From Pyrobaculum aerophilum str. IM2 (GTDB lineage Archaea > Thermoproteota > Thermoprotei > Thermoproteales > Thermoproteaceae): DNA of 32,000 nt. The translations under genes and the position numbers were made by a program. The stretch is taken from contig NC_003364.1 in the NCBI RefSeq assembly GCF_000007225.1, forward strand, positions 2,100,001 through 2,132,000. Direction: 5' to 3'. Shown here piece by piece: positions 18,583-25,231 of this stretch (the stretch's first letter is position 1; every line of letters begins with the position of its first letter). Below the pieces are notes generated by a model, which saw only the letters and a list, made by a program, of their open reading frames with translations, did not search any database and was not told where the DNA came from.

Positions 18583-19985
18583 GGGGGCGGGGGCGGATCG
18601 TCCGTCACGTTCGGCGGGGGCGGCGGCGGCGGAGGCGGCCTCTGGATGGCGGGGCGGACGTCGTGGTAGGTCACGCCGCCAGGCACCGCGAGTCCCGCAT
18701 AACTTCTGCTACTCGATATAAACGCGACGTAGTCCACGCTGGCACTGGTTATGCTTTCTCTGTTGTGGTAGCCGAGGTTCTGCACTACGGTTCCCACGAT
18801 GTTGGTGCCCAGGATGTAGAACCGCTCGACCGGGGCCACCACAGTGCCGCCACTGGGGCTGTAGGACCAGTCATAGAGGGCGTTGAACCGCTCCACCTGG
18901 GCGCCGAAGCTGAGGTAGAAGTACCTGTAGCTATCGGGCCACACCGCGTAGGCGTTGGGCACCACCGAGTCGGGAACCTGTAGCGGGCCGACGGGCGTCT
19001 CAATGGTGATGGGCGTGGAGCCGAAGGAGATCTCGGCCGCTGGCACGAGGGTGATGTCCTGAGAGACGTAAGCGAGACCTTGCTCTATGGTCTCCCGGCC
19101 AGCCGCCAGCCAGACGGTGGGCCAGCTGTTGGCCACAATGCCGATCCACCTGAAGAACGCCCTGGCTATGTCCACGTCAGAACGGAGTGGGCTGACAGCA
19201 CTCCCCGGGTTGGCGAGCTCCACCCCCTCAGTTCCGGGGACGACCGTCCCGCTCTGCCCCATGAACGTCAGGTTGTACTTGGTGCTGAGTCTCTCCTTGG
19301 CTATGCCACCGAGCGGGACGTACCAGCGACCGTCAGCGCCGCCATTGCGGCTCACTGTCACGCTCCCGACGAGGGCCTCCGTAGAGCCCTGTGGCGTGGC
19401 CACCACGTACGCCACGGCGAAGCCGTAGCACGTATCGCTATGCTTCTTCCACACGTGCCCTACAACGACGAGATCGCCAGCTGGCCACCAGGCGCCTACG
19501 TCCTCTGCCACTACTTCAACCAAGTAGCTGTTTGCCCACGACGCCCTCCCGCCGCCAGCCCTCTGCAGGTGCTCTGGCGTGAGGTATTCATCAATCCTGG
19601 TGGCGTTCTGCGGGACGCAGGTCTCCGGGTCGTACCCCCTGTAGACGCGCCACTCGCTTCCCACCCTGGCAAGGCTGTACAGGCCGTACCTCACCGTGGG
19701 CACCGTGTTCTTGGGGGCCCCCACGGCCATGACCACCCACTGTGGCGGGAGGACGCGGGCCTTCATGTCAAACCTGAAGGGTATGCCGATGGAGGACAGT
19801 CCCAGGCCCTGAACGCTGTCTGGCGCGCCGTACCAGGACTCCGCCCTGTTGCCCGCAGTCCTCCTGAACTCCGACTGCTCGAAGGCGGCCAGGAGGCCCG
19901 CCGGCCCGGCCCTCCCCCAGGCGATCCAGGCGGCCGGGCTACCCCTTACCGCGTACCAGACGAAGTGGAAGTACTCCTCCCTCAT
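18384..19985 (-). CDS. large beta-rich hypothetical protein with C-terminal poly-proline tract
   Basis: 533 aa; N-x-S/T sequons; PPPPPPPPPNVTDDPPPPPCPP; no signal peptide of its own; in frame with the upstream ORF across a TAG. Confidence 0.6.
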   Translation of the reverse strand: MREEYFHFVWYAVRGSPAAWIAWGRAGPAGLLAAFEQSEFRRTAGNRAESWYGAPDSVQGLGLSSIGIPFRFDMKARVLPPQWVVMAVGAPKNTVPTVRYGLYSLARVGSEWRVYRGYDPETCVPQNATRIDEYLTPEHLQRAGGGRASWANSYLVEVVAEDVGAWWPAGDLVVVGHVWKKHSDTCYGFAVAYVVATPQGSTEALVGSVTVSRNGGADGRWYVPLGGIAKERLSTKYNLTFMGQSGTVVPGTEGVELANPGSAVSPLRSDVDIARAFFRWIGIVANSWPTVWLAAGRETIEQGLAYVSQDITLVPAAEISFGSTPITIETPVGPLQVPDSVVPNAYAVWPDSYRYFYLSFGAQVERFNALYDWSYSPSGGTVVAPVERFYILGTNIVGTVVQNLGYHNRESITSASVDYVAFISSSRSYAGLAVPGGVTYHDVRPAIQRPPPPPPPPPNVTDDPPPPPCPPGDPRCTPPPPPSPAPSSGPWPTSSSWRRTRGRQPPGGAWRPTTPSSPSCAPRRCTRSRRSPS

Positions 19986-20033
19986 CAGAATCCCGTCGGT
20001 GGTGCCGTCTGTGTTGGTGTTGTACTGTCCCGG

Positions 20034-20825
20034 CTACAGGCCGCTCATCTGGAGGAACCTGAGACTGCCGCCAGCACCCTCCAGGTACTCGTGGGTCACC
20101 GTCATCTCGTAGCTACCGAACTGGTCGACAGACGGCACGTTCTCCCAGTACTGGGCGCCGAAGTCGCCCGGCTCCACCGTCTCCTTCCCGTACCACGGCA
20201 CCGTCAGAGTGCACGCGTACTCCCCGCTGTCCGCGGTGTCGAGGATCAGCAGGTCGCAGGACCTCTCGCCAGACTGCCAGCCCTCGCCCCTCACGTCCTT
20301 GGCCGTGGTGACCGTGACGGTGGTGCTACCGACGAGTTCACCGCTCGTCTTGTTGTAGTACTCGCACCTTATCACGTACTCGGTCACTGTGGCCGTCCAC
20401 TGTCTCGGCGCGGAGAACCGCACGGACGCCTGCACCCGGTACTCGGTCTTCAGCGGGTTGGGATCGCCCCACTGGGCCGCGTAGGGCTCCGAGCCGCGGG
20501 CCTCCTGCGCTTTATCAGTCCTCGGGAAGCCGGTCTCCACCCTGTAGCTGAACACCAGCCCCATCTCGAAGTCGAAGGCGTTGCGGGTGACAGTCCGCGA
20601 CGTCTGAGACGCCACGTACGTCCTCAGCGATATTTCCGGATCGGCGGGAGAGGGACAGAAGCCTTCAATAACTTTAGGATCGTTCATATCTTTGCGCTCT
20701 CCACTTATTGTTATACTATCCGGATCTACTTTGAAGAATCCGCCTTTGTCGCTGTTGTCGCCACCGTACGCCAGCAACGCCAGTAGCGCCAGGACTGCCA
20801 GCACCGCTGGCCAGGGGTTCCGCAT
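20034..20825 (-). CDS. secreted hypothetical protein
   Basis: 263 aa; signal-like MRNPWPAVLAVLALLALLAYGG; TATA-like TAAAGTTTT about 15-25 nt upstream of the ATG. Confidence 0.6.
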   Translation of the reverse strand: MRNPWPAVLAVLALLALLAYGGDNSDKGGFFKVDPDSITISGERKDMNDPKVIEGFCPSPADPEISLRTYVASQTSRTVTRNAFDFEMGLVFSYRVETGFPRTDKAQEARGSEPYAAQWGDPNPLKTEYRVQASVRFSAPRQWTATVTEYVIRCEYYNKTSGELVGSTTVTVTTAKDVRGEGWQSGERSCDLLILDTADSGEYACTLTVPWYGKETVEPGDFGAQYWENVPSVDQFGSYEMTVTHEYLEGAGGSLRFLQMSGL

Positions 20826-20883
20826 GAGGGGGAGGGGGAAAAACTTTAGTGTTGATTGTGGGGTGGGAGGAGGGGTGGCAACG

Positions 20884-21045
20884 CTATCTGCGCCTGGCGA
20901 GGCGCCCCGCCGCCAGGCCCGCGGCTAGGGCGGCCGCGGCCAGCGCGGCCGCCGCCGTCCAGTCCACCTCCCTCACCCTCACCGTCTCGGTGGCCGTGGC
21001 GACGCTGGTGACGGTCTCAGTGACTGTGGCGGTCTCCGTGGCGGT
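20884..21045 (-). other. in-frame continuation after TAG: Thr-rich stalk plus C-terminal TM anchor
   Basis: My translation: TATETATVTETVTSVATATETVRVREVDWTAAAALAAAALAAGLAAGRLARRR*, in the same frame as ORF 21046-21861. Confidence 0.5.
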
Positions 21046-21861
21046 CTACCTCACGGTGACTGTTGTGGTGGCCACGGCCGTTGCCGTCACGGTTCTGGTC
21101 ACTGTGGTGGTGACGTTGACGTAGACGGGCCTCACCTCCTCCCTTATGGCGACGCCCCTCGGGCCGGGGTAGCTGAAGTTCGGCCACTCAACGTCGGCGC
21201 TGTAGATGAGCTCGGCCCTCCGGACGCCGTCGCCGAAGAGGGTCGCGAAGGTGGAGCCATTTTTGAGTCTCACTAAATACGCGCATTCGTTCCACCACAG
21301 GGCGTAGTCGTAGTCTCCAGTAGTGCCATGTATTTTTCTCATATACTCCCACCTCTCCATAAACGAGCTACCCGTCACGATACAGGGAGTCCTCTTCACC
21401 ACCTCCCCGGCCCTGTAAACGTCCAGTCTCCTCCCGTCAAAGGCGGCAATGCCGACTCTGGTGCCGTTTTTGTAGACGTAGAGGACGACGTCCCTGCCCC
21501 GCGTGGAGTTGAGGAGATCGGCGCGGCTCACCCTGGCGCCCGGGAACAGCTCTTGCAGCTTCTGCAGGATCCTGTGCACGAGCAACGCCGCCGCCACCTC
21601 CCTCTCGAGCATCACGCCACTTGTGGCGAAGAGGGGCCCGTGCACCGGCCAGCTGCCCGCCAGGTAGGCCGCCAGGGGCTCCACAAAGGCGTCTGGAGGC
21701 CGCACCGGTAGCCACATCTGCACCTTGGGCTCGGTCGGTAGTGAATCCCACCAGTAGCCCGGCCTGAAGTTGCCCTCCCCGTCCACCACCAGGTGGTATG
21801 TGCCGTAGTCCAGCTCGGCCCTGTCCCACAGCGACACGGGCCAGAACCAGGTGGCGCTCAC
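21046..21861 (-). CDS. hypothetical surface protein segment (GTG start, ends at in-frame TAG)
   Basis: 271 aa; several N-x-S/T sequons; C-terminal T/V-rich repeat VNVTTTVTRTVTATAVATTTVTVR; no signal peptide of its own. Confidence 0.55.
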   Translation of the reverse strand: MSATWFWPVSLWDRAELDYGTYHLVVDGEGNFRPGYWWDSLPTEPKVQMWLPVRPPDAFVEPLAAYLAGSWPVHGPLFATSGVMLEREVAAALLVHRILQKLQELFPGARVSRADLLNSTRGRDVVLYVYKNGTRVGIAAFDGRRLDVYRAGEVVKRTPCIVTGSSFMERWEYMRKIHGTTGDYDYALWWNECAYLVRLKNGSTFATLFGDGVRRAELIYSADVEWPNFSYPGPRGVAIREEVRPVYVNVTTTVTRTVTATAVATTTVTVR

Positions 21862-21969
21862 GACGCACGAGATCCCCTCTACGCAGAACGGCCGGGCGCC
21901 GCTGGCCGGGCTGGTCGTGTAGAGTCCGGTCTTCCAGGAGGTGAGGGCGCCGTGGACGACCCTGGCCTG

Positions 21970-22704
21970 TCACTCGTAGCTGGTGCTGCCGTTGCCCGGC
22001 ATGACGAACAGGTAGTACAGCACGTAGTCGGCCTCCAGGGACACGGAGAAGTAGTCGGTGTAGGCCACCACGGCGCGTAGCGTGCCGTTGGCCCCCAGCC
22101 ATATGAGGGCCAGGCGGCCCGGTCTCTTGAAGCGGAAGGCGAAGGTGGCGTAGCCGTAGTGGAGCCTCTGGGTGCCGATCACTGTCACCGAGCCGAGGAA
22201 TACCTGCCTGACGTCGTGCCAGCTGACGCAGGCCTCGGGCTCCGGCTGGGCGGTCAGCGGCCTGTCCCAGTCCGCGGGGTAGCCGACCAGAACCACCTGG
22301 GCCCTCTTGCAGGCGAAGAGGGATATCGGGAAGTCCAGACTGCCGTAGTAGTAGTGGACGACGCCCGGATCCGTGAACCACGTGACGTTCACGAAGCCGA
22401 TGCGCGCGGAGCCCCGCTCGAAGGGCGGGCTCTCCCCCAGCCTGAGGAGCCTGCCAAGGTAGCCGCTGACGGGCGGCCTTCCCACCCAGAAGAGGTAGAC
22501 GGGCTCTGAGGCGTTGAGAACCAGCCGGTCTCCGGGGACGACCGCGGCCGTGAAGTTGACCCAGCCGCCTGGCGTGTACAGGGGGCCCTCGGACACGTAC
22601 ACCAGGAGCCGGTAGTCCCAGTACTCCAGCTCCAGCCCCAGCGCGGTTGCGGCCAGCAGTAGCGCCACCAGGGGGACTGCCCTCACCATGGGGAACGGCC
22701 CCAA
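21970..22704 (-). CDS. secreted hypothetical protein (probable true start ATG at 22689)
   Basis: Signal-like MVRAVPLVALLLAATALG from the ATG at 22689; the TATA-like box sits 23 nt upstream of that ATG but abuts the TTG at 22704. Confidence 0.65.
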   Translation of the reverse strand: MGPFPMVRAVPLVALLLAATALGLELEYWDYRLLVYVSEGPLYTPGGWVNFTAAVVPGDRLVLNASEPVYLFWVGRPPVSGYLGRLLRLGESPPFERGSARIGFVNVTWFTDPGVVHYYYGSLDFPISLFACKRAQVVLVGYPADWDRPLTAQPEPEACVSWHDVRQVFLGSVTVIGTQRLHYGYATFAFRFKRPGRLALIWLGANGTLRAVVAYTDYFSVSLEADYVLYYLFVMPGNGSTSYE

Positions 22705-22705
22705 G

Positions 22706-22718
22706 CTATAATTTAAAG
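22706..22718 (-). promoter_or_regulatory. TATA-like box (CTTTAAATTATAG on minus strand)
   Basis: Position relative to the ATG at 22689 fits a leaderless transcript. Confidence 0.45.
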
Positions 22719-22728
22719 ATTTAGCACG

Positions 22729-22835
22729 CCGTCCTGAGATGTCTCCTGAGTCGCCAGTTTTCCAGCGGACAGTTCCTGAAAAATTCAGGAACTCCCGCCG
22801 AATTTTTCGTCGATTCAGGAACTAACTCAGGACGG
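22729..22835. repeat. ~105-bp dyad-symmetric module, copy B (best preserved)
   Basis: Left arm CCGTCCTGAGATGTCTCCTGAGTC and right arm GATTCAGGAACTAACTCAGGACGG are reverse complements at 19/24; each lies 22 nt from the central GTTCCTGAA-AAA-TTCAGGAAC. Confidence 0.8.
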
Positions 22836-22853
22836 CGGGAGGGGGTAGGGGGA

Positions 22854-23009
22854 TTATGTCGACACGAGTAGCGCCACCGGCTCTCCCTCTCTGTCGGTCA
22901 CCAAAATCGCCACCTCACCGTTCTTCTTGTACTCGGCGACTGTGTCTAAGGGCGCCAGCGCAAAGCACCTGTCGGCGGTTTCTATCAAAATCTTCCAGAG
23001 GCGTACCAC
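22854..23009 (-). CDS. possible small ORF or gene fragment (CBS-like pattern)
   Basis: Frame open 23069-22854 with no ATG; first GTG at 23009 gives 51 aa ending ...LDTVAEYKKNGEVAILVTDREGEPVALLVST*; below the ORF-track size cutoff. Confidence 0.2.
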   Translation of the reverse strand: MVRLWKILIETADRCFALAPLDTVAEYKKNGEVAILVTDREGEPVALLVST

Positions 23010-23332
23010 CGTCCACTGGGCGTCTTCTGGGCCTTCACACAGCCTTATCTTTACCAGCCTGGCGTTGCGCTAGTGAATCAATATCTTAATTCGCACTGGG
23101 GCGCCCGTGGCCATGCTTCGAGTTAATAGGCCGAGGTGGTACGTAGACGGCTACTACGTCGAGAGGGACGGCCCCCGCCCCGTCGCGGCTGTAGCAAAAA
23201 GCGTTGCGGCCACATGGCGCGCCCTCTTGGATCCTTCGTCCATCGCCATGTACTCTACCATGGGCGGGCACATGTCGACAGAGCCCCCTTTAGTTGTTTT
23301 TAAACCCCCAGTCATACTTATAATAGTTATAC

Positions 23333-23773
23333 GTGTACGTGGTCTACCTCCTCTACGCCGAGCTCGGGGGGAGGGTCGTGCGCTACGTCGGCTCCGGGAA
23401 GTGGCCGGGCCGGCTGAGGAGCCACGTAAGGGGGCACTCCTCCCTGGCCAAGCGCGGGGGGAGGCCGCTCTTCGCCGTGGTGTTAGCGTTTACTGAGGAT
23501 CGGGAGACGGCCTACCGCATGGAGGCCTATTTCCAGCGCCTTCTGGGGCACGAGACGGGCCGCCGTGTCCGCAAGAGGCCCCTCGCCGCCAGGTTGCCGA
23601 GGAGGTTCAGGCCAGTGAGATTCGGCGGCCTCTTGGTCTTCGTCCCCGACGGGGAGGGGGCAATCCCCGCGCGGCGGGGGATCAGCCCTCCAATGGCCGA
23701 AAGCCCGCCACCCGCAGGCCAGGGAGCCACCACAAGCAAGGAGCCAGGCCCCGGTGGCCCGGGACAGGCCTAG
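23333..23773 (+). CDS. GIY-YIG domain protein with Arg/Pro-rich tail
   Basis: N-terminus YVVYLLYAELGGRVVRYVGSGKWPGRLRSHVRGH ... ETAYRMEAYFQRL fits the GIY-x10-YVG...R..H...E pattern; A/T box TTTTTTAAA ~30 nt upstream of the GTG. Confidence 0.55.
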   Translation: MYVVYLLYAELGGRVVRYVGSGKWPGRLRSHVRGHSSLAKRGGRPLFAVVLAFTEDRETAYRMEAYFQRLLGHETGRRVRKRPLAARLPRRFRPVRFGGLLVFVPDGEGAIPARRGISPPMAESPPPAGQGATTSKEPGPGGPGQA

Positions 23774-23992
23774 TGGGCCTCTGTGGCCGTGGTAGCCACC
23801 GCGGCCAGGCGGACGGGCCTTGCACGGCCTGACCACAGGCCCGGAGGGGGTGAACTCGACGAACTCTATGTGGGGCCAGGCGGAGTACATCACCACGCGG
23901 CCGCCGGACTTCATGCGGGACACCCACGGCCTCACCTGCCCAGAGGCCTCGTAGACGTGGACCACTTGCCACCTGACCCTCGCCACCGCCAC
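23483..23992 (-). CDS. doubtful ORF antisense to the GIY-YIG tail
   Basis: GTG start; only the first ~60 aa look protein-like; lies in GC-rich DNA where long spurious ORFs are frequent. Confidence 0.2.
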   Translation of the reverse strand: MAVARVRWQVVHVYEASGQVRPWVSRMKSGGRVVMYSAWPHIEFVEFTPSGPVVRPCKARPPGRGGYHGHRGPLGLSRATGAWLLACGGSLACGWRAFGHWRADPPPRGDCPLPVGDEDQEAAESHWPEPPRQPGGEGPLADTAARLVPQKALEIGLHAVGRLPILSKR

Positions 23993-24130
23993 ATTCTCTT
24001 AACGTGGCAACAACGCTTTTTGCCTCAACTGCAGGCGTGTCGCCTGCCCCTCGGAAAGAGATTCAGGGCGGTACATATGTCGATATGGCATACTTTAATC
24101 AAAATTTCTGGATGTCGCGAAAACTAGCTC

Positions 24131-25225
24131 ATGAAGGTAGCAGAGGAGGCTTTAAAGTACAGGTCTGAAATTAAGAGACTGTTTGAGGAGGCGGAAATGG
24201 CAATAGAGCAGGGCTCAAAGCCGTGGAGCGACTTGAGGAGAGTTGTGACTTACATGAACAGCAGGCACAATAGGGATTGGCTAAGGTCTGCACACGTAGC
24301 CGTCGCCTGGATCCTACTCGAGGCGGGGCTGAGGGAGCTCGGCGACGTGAGGGACAGAGCGCTATCTGCTCTTAAAGAGATAGCGGAGAGACTGGCAAAG
24401 GGGGAGGAGGCAGAAGTGCCAGTGAAAGAGATATCGGAATTTGTGAGGAGGGCGCACGACGTGGCGCACCGCCTCGAGTTGATATTCGAGGACATCACGA
24501 GAAACGCCGAGAGGTATGGTAGAACTAAAGAGGAGGCCGAGACGATAAGGAGGACTTTCGCCGTAACCGAAGTGGCCAGGGAGCTGGCCGTCGCCACAGT
24601 GAGGAAGCTCAACAAGCTCAGCGAAGCGACGCTCGCCGACAAAGTTGTTGCATTTTTCTACAGCCTAGCTGAGGGCACGGCTTGGAGCCGTATAGTACTG
24701 AACGCCCTGAAGAGGGGAGAGGTATACGGGGCACTGGCCAGATCGCCAACAACGGCGTATACCAAATACGGTGGCGAGCGGAAAAAGACAAGGGGTAAAA
24801 GAGAGAGGCTAAGCGCCATCGTCTCCCGCCTCGCTCTCTGGCTCTCTGAAAGGGGCGTGGACAGGGCCACGATGATACGTGAGGGCGATACGGTGAAGGT
24901 CGTAGTAAATGGCGAGACGGTGGCCGAAGTCGAGACTAAGACTATCAAGACTGGGGGGAGCATTATTTTCTATGCGCAGGGCAGGTGGGTAGAGGAAGAG
25001 GGAAAAACAGCCGCAAAGCTGATAGCGAAGATAAAGCCTGCGAAGGCAGAGGACTACGAGCTAAGGGCGCTGTTGGCCACAGACGGTAATTATACCGCAG
25101 AGGGCAAGGTCATTGCTGGCACCACCTCAGTGCTACAGGCTGTGATCTACAAGCGGTTTGGGATGGAGGTCTCACACACGGGGAAGGGCGACTTGACCAG
25201 GTACGGCCTAAAGCCCATACTTTAG
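24131..25225 (+). CDS. helical hypothetical protein (possibly paREP2a-like)
   Basis: 364 aa, Glu/Arg/Lys-rich helical N-terminal part; C-terminal LRALLATDGNYTAEGKV motif; family name is from memory of P. aerophilum annotation and is unverified. Confidence 0.55.
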   Translation: MKVAEEALKYRSEIKRLFEEAEMAIEQGSKPWSDLRRVVTYMNSRHNRDWLRSAHVAVAWILLEAGLRELGDVRDRALSALKEIAERLAKGEEAEVPVKEISEFVRRAHDVAHRLELIFEDITRNAERYGRTKEEAETIRRTFAVTEVARELAVATVRKLNKLSEATLADKVVAFFYSLAEGTAWSRIVLNALKRGEVYGALARSPTTAYTKYGGERKKTRGKRERLSAIVSRLALWLSERGVDRATMIREGDTVKVVVNGETVAEVETKTIKTGGSIIFYAQGRWVEEEGKTAAKLIAKIKPAKAEDYELRALLATDGNYTAEGKVIAGTTSVLQAVIYKRFGMEVSHTGKGDLTRYGLKPIL

Positions 25226-25231
25226 GCTTGG

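Noticed and set aside
19080-20786. 568-aa plus-strand ORF, the longest in the window
   Set aside because: It is antisense to two minus-strand ORFs that have signal peptides and a protein-like composition. Its own sequence is Arg/Pro/Gly/His-rich low complexity, as expected for a spurious ORF in stop-poor GC-rich DNA.
20940-21120. Short periodic GTSACNGT-like repeats that could be mistaken for a repeat array
   Set aside because: No spacer/repeat organisation is present. The periodicity is explained by the coding of a Thr/Val/Ala-rich stalk on the minus strand. I saw no CRISPR array anywhere in the window.
24056-24071. GAGATTCAGGGCGG, a possible fourth (fragmentary) copy of the dyad-module arm
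   Set aside because: Only one half-site-like element is present. There is no central palindrome or partner arm at the expected spacing.
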